From Candidatus Levyibacteriota bacterium (lineage in GTDB: Bacteria > Patescibacteriota > Microgenomatia > Levybacterales > UBA12049), in NCBI GenBank assembly GCA_016182185.1, contig JACOXU010000001.1:530915-594914 (forward strand): a DNA stretch of 64,000 bases. The letters are read 5' to 3'. The notes under the pieces are model-generated. The model was given only the letters and a program-made list of their open reading frames with translations. It was not told the DNA's origin and did no database searches. Made by a program: the position numbers and the translations under genes. This document shows, in pieces, positions 52,997-62,709 of the stretch (the first letter of the stretch is position 1; each line of letters opens with the position of its first letter).

Positions 52997-55714
52997 TTAC
53001 TGCTCTTGGCCAAGGCTTAAAATAAAATCTTGGTCTTTTAAGATCTCTTTTGAGAATAGAACTTTTCCATCAGACACACTTAGATTGTCAGAAAATGAAA
53101 CTACTTGATATGAAGAGGGGAAAGTAATTGATAGAATAAAAGGGTAGGTCTCAGTTCCCGGCTGTTTAAAATATTTTAAGCTGTATAAGATAGAGGATGA
53201 ATCATCGTTAAAATTTTTGGGTAATTCGTAATCTATGGAAATTTTTTTTGTAGTCTGTGCAGGAATCATTGTAAGAAATCCATAAATAGTTTTCCCCGCC
53301 TCTTCTGTTCTGTCAATTTCAAGAAGCTGTGGAGGAATAAAATTTTTCTGCTCGTAAATTAACGGATCTGTTACTGCGCTCCCAATCTTTTGAGGAATTC
53401 CGTCCATAAAAACCTGTGACAGGGATGCATTTTGAGGAAGTATAAACCTAACATAATTTTTATAGTCACCTCCAGGCCAATCAACACTGTTGTTTTTATA
53501 AACTACAGTTGCTCTTGATGAGACAGAACCATCCTCATTAATATTTATTTCTCCCGTTATGTTTCTCTCTATAAAAAAATTTGCCTTGTTTACTCCAAGA
53601 TTTGCCTCGTTTATTCCAAAAAAATCATTAATTGAGATTGAGTTCTGATTGACTTGCTGCGAGAAGGAAGTTCTGTTGTCCCAAAGAGAGGATGACCATC
53701 CATTAACCGTAAAGAGATTCTGTAAATTGACGTTATTAAATGAAAATATAATATGTTTTTCTTCAATTGAATTTATAACCGCCCTTAAAATAGAAAAATA
53801 GGGTAGGTTTTTGTTTTCTGATACCTTAGTTTGAATTGCTCTTGCCAAAGATCTTAAAAAATCTTTTTTTTGAGTAGATGATGGAAAAAAATCTTTTTCT
53901 GCATGAGTCTGAGTAAGTAGATACATATTTTCAGAGTTCACAATTTCATTATATTCCGGAACTTCAACTGGTCCAATCTCATTCAAAAGTGTCTTCAGAA
54001 ATGAAACATCGATGCCTATCACGCCGTCCACTCTTTGGCTCATTTCTTCATTGAGAAAAAAGGCAGCTGTATAGGCTGATTGTCTAAAATCAGGATCAAA
54101 ATTACTATCTCTCATATACCAATGTGGTTTCTGCAAATACCTTCGAATCGGAAACGGGGGCTCAACATGTCCCTTCAGCTGTCCATCTGCATCATAAATA
54201 TCATTTATTACAAAATCAATAATTCTGCCCCTATCTAAACTCAGAATTCCGTATGATCCGATAAAACCGCCGCCAGGCCTAAGCTCCATATTATTTTGAA
54301 AGAGTATCAGATAAGTTTTTTTTGTATCAACAGCTAAAATATCAGGCAGAGCCTCTTGGATAACGGAAATCTGTTCTATAAAACTCATATAGTTATTAAT
54401 TTCGCTTTTATATGAATCGGGGAGTTTATTTTCCAAATATATTTCCTGAAAAAGAACAATCGCACTTCTTGCTAAAAATTGAGGCTCGAGGATTTCATTC
54501 TGAAAATTTTTAGCATTCCCCGAAGATATGTTCTTAAGTACGAAACCAGCTGAAGATAGGTAATTTATTCCTTTTGATAATTTAACACCAGTGTCAATGT
54601 TTGCAATTAAAGAATCAGCAATTCTGTCTTGCCCAAAAATTGCAAGTTCAAAAAGAAATCCATTGGCGCTTGCTTTTGAAATTTCAAAAAAAGTCTTGGA
54701 TATTGATGAAGCATTAAAAGCTTTTTCTAAAGAGCCGCTTTTAAGCATATTGGTTGAATTTCGAATTTCAACATATCCTAAAAAAGAAAATAAAAGAGTA
54801 GAGGCAAAAGGCAATAGTAGAAAAATCAATAAAAATAAGGATAAAGATTTAAAAATGTATTTTACTTTTTTCATAACATTTGTGTTGTTTTTCTGCTCAC
54901 TTTGCTTTGAGCCCTTTACATCTATCTCAGCTCCGGTCAATTTTTTTGAGAGGGGGTATTGATCATTTATGAGATATTTTCCTTCTTGGAGAATTTTAGT
55001 TTCGGCATTTTGCTTTTCTTTTTTTACAAAATCAATTTTTATGTCGGGGTTTGATTTTTGAAATATATGCGCTAAAGATAAATATGTTTGCGGATAACGC
55101 GGGAAAAGATAATAGATTTTAAAAGAATCCTCTGTGCCAAAAGATAATTTTATTATTTCATCAACTACGTCATCCTCAAGGACAGGAAAGATCTTCTCCA
55201 TTCCATCCCCAGGAATTTTAATCTTCCTGTGTTTCTTTGCCTGATAAATCAACTCATTGACAATAGAATTTTGGTCATCCCAATTACCGCCAAAAGCATC
55301 TCCATAGATAATAATTTTTAACTTCCTATATTCTCCTTTGATTTTATCGATAAAGCTCCATGATATATTTCTTAGGCTTGTAATATAAACTAGTGGAGAT
55401 TTATTTTCTCGAGCTTTTTGAATAAAAACATTAAATGACTCTCGTATAAATGGCTCTCCTTCATCTATTATGAAAATATAAGAGTAAAGGTTTTCAGGAA
55501 TTTGCGAGAATCTTTTCAAAAAGGGAACGTAGAATGTGTTAGAAGTGTTTAAATCACTTGCTCTTGGCTCTATCCCGCTCACATAAACTATAAAAAGATC
55601 ATCTGCTAAGTTCTTAAGTATTGTCGCTCCTAAATTTCCGCGCTTGTCTACGATAAGTGCCAGAGGAATATTTGATGCGGATTTTTCTTCTACGAGGAGG
55701 ACAGGTTTCTTCAT
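52997..55714 (-). CDS. DUF4012 domain-containing membrane protein with N-terminal cytoplasmic domain
   Basis: 905 aa. About 280-aa cytoplasmic region, one TM, then an extracytoplasmic domain containing FQNNMELRPGGGFIGSYG (the DUF4012 NNAELRPxGGFIG signature). Confidence 0.6.
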   Translation of the reverse strand: MKKPVLLVEEKSASNIPLALIVDKRGNLGATILKNLADDLFIVYVSGIEPRASDLNTSNTFYVPFLKRFSQIPENLYSYIFIIDEGEPFIRESFNVFIQKARENKSPLVYITSLRNISWSFIDKIKGEYRKLKIIIYGDAFGGNWDDQNSIVNELIYQAKKHRKIKIPGDGMEKIFPVLEDDVVDEIIKLSFGTEDSFKIYYLFPRYPQTYLSLAHIFQKSNPDIKIDFVKKEKQNAETKILQEGKYLINDQYPLSKKLTGAEIDVKGSKQSEQKNNTNVMKKVKYIFKSLSLFLLIFLLLPFASTLLFSFLGYVEIRNSTNMLKSGSLEKAFNASSISKTFFEISKASANGFLFELAIFGQDRIADSLIANIDTGVKLSKGINYLSSAGFVLKNISSGNAKNFQNEILEPQFLARSAIVLFQEIYLENKLPDSYKSEINNYMSFIEQISVIQEALPDILAVDTKKTYLILFQNNMELRPGGGFIGSYGILSLDRGRIIDFVINDIYDADGQLKGHVEPPFPIRRYLQKPHWYMRDSNFDPDFRQSAYTAAFFLNEEMSQRVDGVIGIDVSFLKTLLNEIGPVEVPEYNEIVNSENMYLLTQTHAEKDFFPSSTQKKDFLRSLARAIQTKVSENKNLPYFSILRAVINSIEEKHIIFSFNNVNLQNLFTVNGWSSSLWDNRTSFSQQVNQNSISINDFFGINEANLGVNKANFFIERNITGEININEDGSVSSRATVVYKNNSVDWPGGDYKNYVRFILPQNASLSQVFMDGIPQKIGSAVTDPLIYEQKNFIPPQLLEIDRTEEAGKTIYGFLTMIPAQTTKKISIDYELPKNFNDDSSSILYSLKYFKQPGTETYPFILSITFPSSYQVVSFSDNLSVSDGKVLFSKEILKDQDFILSLGQEQ

Positions 55715-55733
55715 TAAGCCTATTTTAGGCTAA

Positions 55734-56159
55734 TTAGTCGATTGTGTCTAGCGCAAGATTTACTAGCTTGTCTGCTTGGGTGTTTTTTTCTCGCGGGATG
55801 TGATTATAATAAATTGGAAATTTAATTTCTGCCTCTTTTTCCTTAACTTGATAATATAAATTTTTAAGTGCTGTGTTCTTAATTCTAAAGAGACCTGAAA
55901 TTTGCGAATAGGCCAGATTTGAATCTAAAAATAAATAAATTTTTACATCTTCAGCTAAATTATTTTTATTCTCAATAATCCATTCAAGTGCACTTATAAC
56001 TGCTTTGTATTCGGCTATGTTGTTGGTTGCTCTTCCAATTTTTCTTCCAAAACCGGCAATTTTTCTACCATCTTGGTCTGTTATATAAACCCCGGTTGCC
56101 GAAGGACCGGGATTGCCCCTTGCGCCTCCGTCAACATAAATATTAAGATGAGAAAACAT
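55734..56159 (-). CDS. rnhA: ribonuclease HI
   Basis: IYVDGGARGNPGPSATGVYI ... ATNNIAEYKAVISALEW ... HIPREKNTQADKLV (catalytic DEDD residues). Confidence 0.85.
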   Translation of the reverse strand: MFSHLNIYVDGGARGNPGPSATGVYITDQDGRKIAGFGRKIGRATNNIAEYKAVISALEWIIENKNNLAEDVKIYLFLDSNLAYSQISGLFRIKNTALKNLYYQVKEKEAEIKFPIYYNHIPREKNTQADKLVNLALDTID

Positions 56160-56168
56160 ATAATCTTA

Positions 56169-57488
56169 TTATATATTGTAACATTTCGCCCAGCATAAAC
56201 CTAGGGCAAAAGAAAAAAGAAGTTGTCCTTGCTGAAGCGTTAAAAAATAATGATCAAAAAAACCTAAAATTAAAATGCAGGAAAGAATCGTAAATCGTAA
56301 ATCGTAAATCGTAAATCGTAAATTACGATAAGTCCTTATAATAAACCATAAAAAAAACAACAGGCCAGATAATCCAACCTGTAAAGCAATGAGTAAAAAT
56401 ATATTGTGCACTGGTTGAAAATAAAAAATGTTATCTCGCATCGAAATTAGAGAAAGTTCTGATATTGAGTTGTTTATACCAACCCCAAATATGGGATTTT
56501 GAATTATCAAAAAGACTGAATTTTTAATTAAATCTAGTCTAGTTTTAATAACAGGATCTGAAAAACTTAAGTCTAAAAATCGACTACCTAACGGAGTGAA
56601 GAATATACCAAAAAATATGGCTAGAACTATTAATAAATAAAGTGTTCCGTATTTGTTTTTTTGTCCAATTGTTCTGAAAATAAAGGTAGTAACAATCACT
56701 AGCCACAAGAGAATTGCAACTCTACTCATGGAAAGAAATAGAGAAATTGAGCCGACAATAAGCGAAAAGGCAAACATTCTTAGCAGAAACTTGTTCTTTG
56801 TAATCAAATTATAAAGAATTAAAATCATTGAAATAAGGAGAAAGCCCGAAAGCACATTAGGATGTGAAAAAGTAGCATAGGGACGGAGCACAAGATTACC
56901 ATTTAAAGATGCATTGGCAATCCCGGGCGTCTGTCCGTTAAAGGATCTTTCACCCAAAAAATATAATAGCCCCCCTAAAGAACCCTGATTTATAAATTGA
57001 AAAACAGCAATTAAGGATTCAAATATTAATGTTATTGAAAAAATAATTAGTATTTTTTTGAATCTCTTTTTATTAATAAAGACAGATGTATAATAACCAA
57101 TAAATCCAAATTCGATCAGCTTAATTATTCCATACCATCCTGCCATTTGATTTTTGGAAACAACAATCCCTGCGATAATTAAAAAGGGGAGTAATAACAA
57201 AAAACTCTTTGTTTTAAGTAAATCCGCCAAAGCACCAATGAGTTTTTCAAAAGAAAGGTTTCTCGTATTATTTATTAACCAAAAAGCAAAAAGGAGAATA
57301 ATTAAAACATCTGTTATGTATAAGGTGGGGGATAAATAATCAACTCTTATGCCGTAAATGTATGAAAAAGATGGCCAAAAATGACGTCCAAGTTGGGTTG
57401 GAAGAAAAAGAATAATAAGGTAGTAAATTAGGTGTTCTAGGTTAGGTCTTCGGCCTGACAACCAATACTCTATCTTTCCCATCGCCAA
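56169..57488 (-). CDS. O-antigen ligase (Wzy_C/WaaL) family polytopic membrane protein
   Basis: More than 10 TM. YATFSHPNVLSGF...LSMSRVAILLW resembles the Wzy_C region. Contains an in-coding heptanucleotide repeat (see repeat feature). Confidence 0.6.
   Translation of the reverse strand: MAMGKIEYWLSGRRPNLEHLIYYLIILFLPTQLGRHFWPSFSYIYGIRVDYLSPTLYITDVLIILLFAFWLINNTRNLSFEKLIGALADLLKTKSFLLLLPFLIIAGIVVSKNQMAGWYGIIKLIEFGFIGYYTSVFINKKRFKKILIIFSITLIFESLIAVFQFINQGSLGGLLYFLGERSFNGQTPGIANASLNGNLVLRPYATFSHPNVLSGFLLISMILILYNLITKNKFLLRMFAFSLIVGSISLFLSMSRVAILLWLVIVTTFIFRTIGQKNKYGTLYLLIVLAIFFGIFFTPLGSRFLDLSFSDPVIKTRLDLIKNSVFLIIQNPIFGVGINNSISELSLISMRDNIFYFQPVHNIFLLIALQVGLSGLLFFLWFIIRTYRNLRFTIYDLRFTILSCILILGFFDHYFLTLQQGQLLFSFALGLCWAKCYNI
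56289..56323. repeat. heptanucleotide tandem repeat (cgtaaat x5) inside the O-antigen-ligase-like CDS
   Basis: cgtaaatcgtaaatcgtaaatcgtaaatcgtaaat encodes ...NLRFTIYDLRFTI... on the minus strand. Confidence 0.85.
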
Positions 57489-57900
57489 CCGATTCTGTCA
57501 TGACTTCATCGTCATTTTGAAAAGTAAGATGGATTATCCTTCTTTCCCAGGCTTTGAGCATGGGTAGGGTAAATTCTCTTCGTTCAGATAAAACTTTATC
57601 TTTTGTTTCTTGGGCTAGGTTCTTAAGCCAATCTTCCCGATTTTTACGATACTCTCCAACCTCTACAGAAATCCTCTTAAACTCTTTTAAGCTCCTCGAG
57701 ATGCACAAAGATAAGATAAGCTGAAGAGATTCAAGAATATCTCCGTGATGACCGATCACAATTCCGCTATCAGGCGTGTCTAATATGATTTCGTATCCAT
57801 CGTCATTTTCTCTTATTTCGATGTCTGCCTCGATTCCCAAAAGAACCAAAAGCTCTTCGGTTATTTTTTTAATTATTTTTTGGTCTTTTTTTTCACTCAT
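57442..57900 (-). CDS. Jag/KhpB RNA-binding protein (Jag_N + KH + R3H)
   Basis: KH-like GxxG region (GIVIGHHGDILESLQ) and a C-terminal R3H (ERRIIHLTFQNDDEVMTESVGDG). The conserved position is downstream of yidC. Confidence 0.8.
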   Translation of the reverse strand: MSEKKDQKIIKKITEELLVLLGIEADIEIRENDDGYEIILDTPDSGIVIGHHGDILESLQLILSLCISRSLKEFKRISVEVGEYRKNREDWLKNLAQETKDKVLSERREFTLPMLKAWERRIIHLTFQNDDEVMTESVGDGKDRVLVVRPKT

Positions 57901-58742
57901 TTACTTTTACCTATTAATTTATTTTTCCAACTTTCTAATCCACCAAGTCCGACTATTTGATACTGCTGTATTATACCGAATAAAGTGAACGTATTCCAGT
58001 ATAAAGAAAGGCCAATGGGAAAAGTATAAGAGAAAAAACCTATCATAATTGGGAAGATATATGTGGATTGTGATTGAAATGCAGAAGCAAAATCATCTTT
58101 TTTCTTTTCCTGCCTGCCGGCAGGCAGGTCTTTATTTTTAGCGTTCTGGGATGCAGGAGTAAATAACATTTTCGATTGTATAAACTGAAGGACTCCAGTG
58201 ATGATTGGGACTAAGAAAATTAAAGGACCCAGCGTCGATAGAAGATTTGCTGGGTTTGACCCGAGCGGAAGACCAAAAAAATTAGTATCCCATCCGTTTG
58301 TTATTTTTAAAAAATCAAAGTACACAACTTTATTAATTTCTGAAATTACTTTTTGTGATTCTGGCCGAACAATTTGCTGAAGAACAGAATACAATCCCCA
58401 AATGATCGGCAGCTGAACCAGCATGGGCAGGCATCCTGCTGCCGGATTTACGCCGTGTTCTTTGTATAACCTCATTGTTTCTTGCTGAAGACGTTTCGCA
58501 TCTTCTTTATGTTTTTCTTTAAGCTTGGAAAGGTGCGGACTTAATTCCTGCATTTTCTTCGATGCTTTAAGCTGAGAAGCCATCATGGGATACAATGCAA
58601 ATCTTATCAGGGCAGTCAGTATAATTATCGAAAATCCGAGAGCATATGGAATACTTAAGGTAAACAGTAGTTTGTAAATAGCGATTAGTCCGTTTAAAAT
58701 AGGCCAAACTAGAACATAGTTAAAAATATTTGGATCACTCAT
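57897..58742 (-). CDS. yidC: membrane protein insertase YidC/Oxa1 (short form)
   Basis: YidC core: KMQELSPHLSKLKEKHKEDAKRLQQETMRLYKEHGVNPAAGCLPMLVQLPIIWGLY. 5 TM. Confidence 0.85.
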   Translation of the reverse strand: MSDPNIFNYVLVWPILNGLIAIYKLLFTLSIPYALGFSIIILTALIRFALYPMMASQLKASKKMQELSPHLSKLKEKHKEDAKRLQQETMRLYKEHGVNPAAGCLPMLVQLPIIWGLYSVLQQIVRPESQKVISEINKVVYFDFLKITNGWDTNFFGLPLGSNPANLLSTLGPLIFLVPIITGVLQFIQSKMLFTPASQNAKNKDLPAGRQEKKKDDFASAFQSQSTYIFPIMIGFFSYTFPIGLSLYWNTFTLFGIIQQYQIVGLGGLESWKNKLIGKSK

Positions 58743-58957
58743 ATAATATTTTGTCTATAAAATGGCTGACATTTTAAAAATCTGACAAAAAAATTATATC
58801 CACCTAAGAATAGACCGTTTTCCTTTATTTGCTTTTTGGCAAATTCTGAGCAGGACGGCGAGAACCTACACGATCCCCTTATCCCTAAAATATTTTTAAG
58901 GAACAGGGAAAGATACTGCTGATAAAAATTTATTAATAATATAGTCAGGTACTTCAT
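58739..58957 (-). CDS. yidD: membrane protein insertion efficiency factor YidD
   Basis: CRFSPSCSEFA ... FLKCQPF is the conserved YidD Cys motif. 72 aa. Confidence 0.8.
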   Translation of the reverse strand: MKYLTILLINFYQQYLSLFLKNILGIRGSCRFSPSCSEFAKKQIKENGLFLGGYNFFVRFLKCQPFYRQNII

Positions 58958-59283
58958 TTAATTAAGTAGTTTTTATTCAAAATTTTATTAAATTCAAAGA
59001 AAATTTGACTAAAGCTGGCTTTTACTGATTCTTCTTTGGCAATAATTAAAAAATCTATCCCTGCTTTTATATCATCAAGGTTTTTCTCAACGCAGATTCT
59101 AAGAAACCTTTTTATTCTGTTTCTACCAACTGCAGTTTTACTAATTTTTTTTGAAACAATGAAACCAAACCTACTAACGCCTTGTGTATTACTTTGAATT
59201 TTTATTAAAAAAAAACGGGAAGAAATTTTACTGCCTTCCTTTATTTTTGTTCTTGCTGGAAGACGATTTATTTTATTGAGCAT
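58954..59283 (-). CDS. rnpA: ribonuclease P protein component
   Basis: KTAVGRNRIKRFLRICV (RNR motif). 109 aa. The canonical position is between rpmH and yidD. Confidence 0.8.
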   Translation of the reverse strand: MLNKINRLPARTKIKEGSKISSRFFLIKIQSNTQGVSRFGFIVSKKISKTAVGRNRIKRFLRICVEKNLDDIKAGIDFLIIAKEESVKASFSQIFFEFNKILNKNYLIK

Positions 59284-59417
59284 TAGATAGCGATTCTTTT
59301 TCTTCCTTTTTTTCTTCTTCTTTTTATTACTTTTTCCCCAGAGTATGTTTTTGTTCTGGCCCTGAAACCATGCTTTCTTTTTCTTTTTATTTTTTTAGGT
59401 TTTGTTAATCTCTCCAT
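59283..59417 (-). CDS. rpmH: 50S ribosomal protein L34
   Basis: Not in the ORF track (44 aa). Translation [44 protein letters not shown] matches the L34 pattern (K..KRKR.HGFRAR..T..G..V...RR.KGRK). The stop overlaps the rnpA ATG by 1 nt. Confidence 0.85.
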   Translation of the reverse strand: MERLTKPKKIKRKRKHGFRARTKTYSGEKVIKRRRKKGRKRIAI

Positions 59418-59480
59418 ATTATTAAGAATTAAAATATTATAACAGAAACTTTTTTTGTTTAATAGTATCAGAAGACATAG

Positions 59481-59552
59481 TTTTATCCATTTTTTTATCT
59501 TGACAAAAAGTTATCCACATCGCTAAACTCATTATCACCGGAAATTATTTTT
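59481..59552. promoter_or_regulatory. DnaA-box cluster upstream of dnaA (oriC / dnaA autoregulatory region)
   Basis: Perfect TTATCCACA at 59511..59519. TTATCCAtt at 59483..59491. TTATCACCg near 59541..59549. AT-rich surroundings between the divergent rpmH and dnaA. Confidence 0.6.
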
Positions 59553-59560
59553 TAAAACTT

Positions 59561-60913
59561 ATGACTAAAGAAAATCAAGAACTCTGGAAAGCCATTTTGG
59601 GAGAAATCGAAACAGAAGTATCAAGGGCAATTTTTTTAACCCTTTTTAAACACACTTTTCTTATTTCTTTTGAAAACGGAGTAATGACTATTGCTGCCTC
59701 ATCCGTAATGATCGTCGATCTTCTGCAAAAAAGATATTATCAAATCATAAAAAAGACCGTTGATAAGCATACTGGTCTTAGCGTAAAAATAATTTTTGTT
59801 CCCAAAACTATTTTCCCTGAGATAAAAACTGATGATAAAGATGGACCGCTTTTTGCCGGAGAAGAGAAAAGCACAATAATCGGGCATCTACCGAGAGTAC
59901 GTAAGGAATACACCTTTCAAACTATGGCTGTCTCATCAAGTAATCAGCTTGCTTATGTCAGCGCGCAGACTGTTGCTAAAAAAATTGGTACAGCGTATAA
60001 CCCTCTTTTTATCTATGGGCCGGTTGGAGTAGGAAAAACGCACCTTATACACGCTATTGCAAACAAGGTGTTTGAAGAGTCTCAAGATAAGAAAATTTTT
60101 TATATAACCAGCGAGGGTTTTACAAATGAAGTCGTAGAGGCTATAAGAACAAACGATACTGCAAGAATGAAGAAAAAATTTAGAAACGTAGATATTTTAG
60201 CTATTGATGATGTTCAATTTGTGGCAGGAAAAGAAAGAGTTCAGGAGGAATTATTTCACACCTTCAACACCCTAATAGATAAGGGCGCCCAGGTTGTGCT
60301 TTCTTCGGATAGGCCCCCATCCGAAATAAAAAAACTTGAAAAGAGACTTTCTTCTCGCTTCTCAGGCGGCCTAACAGTCGATATAGAGCCTCCGGATTTT
60401 GAATTAAGAACGGCAATTTTACTTATAAAAGCCAAGAAGTATGATTTTCCGCTAACGATTGATGCGGCAAAAAAAATTGCCGAACACTCACAAGACGCAA
60501 GGAAACTCGAGGGAATTCTATTGCGAATAATGACCGAAGCCCAATCAATCGAGGGGGAATTGTCAAACAATATTATAGAAAAGGTTTTATATAACAATAA
60601 TAAAACTGCTCTTAGTTATTATCACCCAGACGAGATAATAAATAACGTCTGCTCCTTCTATAAAATAAAACCAACCCAAATTAAAGGGGTTAAAAGAGAC
60701 GCCCTTTTGGTTCGGGCAAGGCAAATAGCAATGTATATTTTAAGATCCAGGCTTAATCTTTCATATGTTGAAATAGGAAACATACTCGGCGGAAGAGATC
60801 ACACGACAATTATGCACGGTGTTGAGAAAGTAGAGGGGCTCCTCTCGGGGGAACTGTTTTCGGATGAGGTCAATAAAATAATAAGCACTACTGGGGGAAA
60901 TCTTGTGGATTAA
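59561..60913 (+). CDS. dnaA: chromosomal replication initiator protein DnaA
   Basis: AAA+ Walker A GPVGVGKTH, sensor motifs, and the C-terminal DNA-binding domain (ARQIAMYILRSRLNLSYVEIGNILGGRDHTTIMH). Confidence 0.95.
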   Translation: MTKENQELWKAILGEIETEVSRAIFLTLFKHTFLISFENGVMTIAASSVMIVDLLQKRYYQIIKKTVDKHTGLSVKIIFVPKTIFPEIKTDDKDGPLFAGEEKSTIIGHLPRVRKEYTFQTMAVSSSNQLAYVSAQTVAKKIGTAYNPLFIYGPVGVGKTHLIHAIANKVFEESQDKKIFYITSEGFTNEVVEAIRTNDTARMKKKFRNVDILAIDDVQFVAGKERVQEELFHTFNTLIDKGAQVVLSSDRPPSEIKKLEKRLSSRFSGGLTVDIEPPDFELRTAILLIKAKKYDFPLTIDAAKKIAEHSQDARKLEGILLRIMTEAQSIEGELSNNIIEKVLYNNNKTALSYYHPDEIINNVCSFYKIKPTQIKGVKRDALLVRARQIAMYILRSRLNLSYVEIGNILGGRDHTTIMHGVEKVEGLLSGELFSDEVNKIISTTGGNLVD

Positions 60914-61060
60914 AAGCCCCCCCGCCCCCTCCTTATTTTCCCCCAACCATTTCCACATTTTTATAAACATCTTTTCCACAAAAAAACTACACTGGCAGTC
61001 TTGCTTTTTTCCACTTTTCCCTATAAACTACTACAACTACAAATTTAAATATATTAGTAA
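60914..61060. promoter_or_regulatory. dnaA-dnaN intergenic region with DnaA-box-like TTTTCCACA repeats and an unusual C-rich tract
   Basis: tttccacat, ttttccacaaaa and ttttccactttt (TTWTNCACA-like) occur within 80 nt. Preceded by cccccccgccccctcc and followed by AT-rich sequence. tgtggatta (reverse box) sits at the dnaA stop. Confidence 0.45.
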
Positions 61061-62176
61061 ATGAGAATTCTGCTTCTGTCTGAAAATATTAATAAAAAAT
61101 TACCATTTGTAAGCCATGCTGTTTCAAGCAGGTCGCAACTTCCGATACTTTCTAATTTTCTTCTAAGGTCTCAAAAGGGGAAGTTTTACATATGCGCTAC
61201 CGACCTTGAAATAGGAATAGAGGAAAACATTCCAGCAAACATTGAAGAAGATGGGGAGATAACTGTTCCAGCAAGAGTTTTTTTTGAATTTATCTCAGGA
61301 ATTCAAAAAGGGAAAATTCTCCTTTACACCAAAGAAACGAGCTTATTTTTGGAGTCAGATGGGATCAAAACCGTCTTTCAGACTATGCCACCAGGGGACT
61401 TCCCCAAACTATACGAAGACAAGGGCGGGAAACAGGGAACCTTAAAGAAGGATGTTGTTGAAAAGAATTTTGCAAAAGTTGTTTTTGCGGCAAGCCAGGA
61501 TAACGAGAGACCGGCCCTATCGGGGGTTTTGTTTAAAAAAGAAAAAAGAGGAAGTTTTTCTGTGGTTGCAACCGATGGGTACAGGCTTTCTTTAAAAAGA
61601 GACGTCTCGGTCGTTGAGGAAGAAGAGTCGTCTGACGGGGTTGGGTTTCTTGCTCCCGTAAGATTAATAAAAGAATTAATATCCCTAAAAAACAATGGTG
61701 ATATTGGAATATATTCTTCAAAGAAAAACAATCAAATAATGTTTTTTCAAGATGAAACCGTTTTGGTAGGAAGGTTAATAGAGGCAGAGTTTCCTAACTA
61801 TGAAAAAATAATTCCGAGTGATTTTTCATCAAGAACTGTTTTGGACCGAAGAGAATTGCATCAAGCTGTAAAATCATCTTCAATTTTTGCCCGCGAGACA
61901 ACAAACATTATTAAATTTTCTCTTGAAAAAAACAAAATAACCCTTTCTGCAAGCGCTCCGTCTTTGGGCGAAAGCAGGATTGATGTTGGTGCAAAGACCG
62001 AAGGAGAGGAAAACGAAATAGCCTTCAATGCCAGATATTTACTGGAGCTATTGGGAAACATAGAAGAAGAGGAAGTTGTTTTTGAGATGAGCGGTCCGCT
62101 TAACCCCGGAGTTTTTAAAATACCAGAGGATCCCAACTTTCTCCATATCATCATGCCCATTAGAGTGCAGGGGTGA
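61061..62176 (+). CDS. dnaN: DNA polymerase III beta sliding clamp
   Basis: 371 aa, three-domain clamp pattern, immediately after dnaA. MRILLLSENINKKLPFVSHAV... is a typical DnaN start. Confidence 0.9.
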   Translation: MRILLLSENINKKLPFVSHAVSSRSQLPILSNFLLRSQKGKFYICATDLEIGIEENIPANIEEDGEITVPARVFFEFISGIQKGKILLYTKETSLFLESDGIKTVFQTMPPGDFPKLYEDKGGKQGTLKKDVVEKNFAKVVFAASQDNERPALSGVLFKKEKRGSFSVVATDGYRLSLKRDVSVVEEEESSDGVGFLAPVRLIKELISLKNNGDIGIYSSKKNNQIMFFQDETVLVGRLIEAEFPNYEKIIPSDFSSRTVLDRRELHQAVKSSSIFARETTNIIKFSLEKNKITLSASAPSLGESRIDVGAKTEGEENEIAFNARYLLELLGNIEEEEVVFEMSGPLNPGVFKIPEDPNFLHIIMPIRVQG

Positions 62177-62681
62177 CCTGTTCATTTGGAGGTTTGGTTT
62201 CCGCACCTGAAGCCTCTTCATCACGCGTTACGATAGCCTTAAATTCAAGCTTATATTCACTACCCAAGGACGAACCGAGTTGACTTTTAACTTTTTTAAT
62301 TATTAATGTGTATGTCTGATCAGGCTTCCAAAAAGATTTTGGCCTAAAGGATAGCTTTGTTGCCGACTGATCCAATCGAGTTATGACCACGATGGTCGGA
62401 TTTATCTCATAGTCAAGACTGGTTGGGTCAATTGAATCATTAAGCTCTATAGTAACAGTAGAAGATATAGCCAAAGACTTTAGATATTTTTCTTCTGGAT
62501 AAACAGATATGATTCTTAGAATTTCCTGTCCACCTGGATAGCTCCCCGATATGGGAGTGGGTGTTGGTTGTTCTTGGGATGGCGCAATAGGATTTTTGCC
62601 AGTCAGCAAGACATAAATAATGAAAAAGAGTATTAAAACAGATACGCCTATTAAAAAAAATATAATTCTTGATTTTCCCAT
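62160..62681 (-). CDS. hypothetical membrane-anchored exported protein (beta-sandwich-like)
   Basis: 173 aa. N-terminal TM then a Pro-rich segment (PSQEQPTPTPISGSYPGG). Confidence 0.4.
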   Translation of the reverse strand: MGKSRIIFFLIGVSVLILFFIIYVLLTGKNPIAPSQEQPTPTPISGSYPGGQEILRIISVYPEEKYLKSLAISSTVTIELNDSIDPTSLDYEINPTIVVITRLDQSATKLSFRPKSFWKPDQTYTLIIKKVKSQLGSSLGSEYKLEFKAIVTRDEEASGAETKPPNEQVTPAL

Positions 62682-62709
62682 ACAGTAATTTTACTCTTTT
62701 TACCGAGTG

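Noticed and set aside
56289-56323. Possible CRISPR array
   Set aside because: The repeats here and at 37041, 813 and 51082 are 7-14-nt tandem units without spacers, inside CDSs. No repeat-spacer architecture or cas genes are anywhere in the window.
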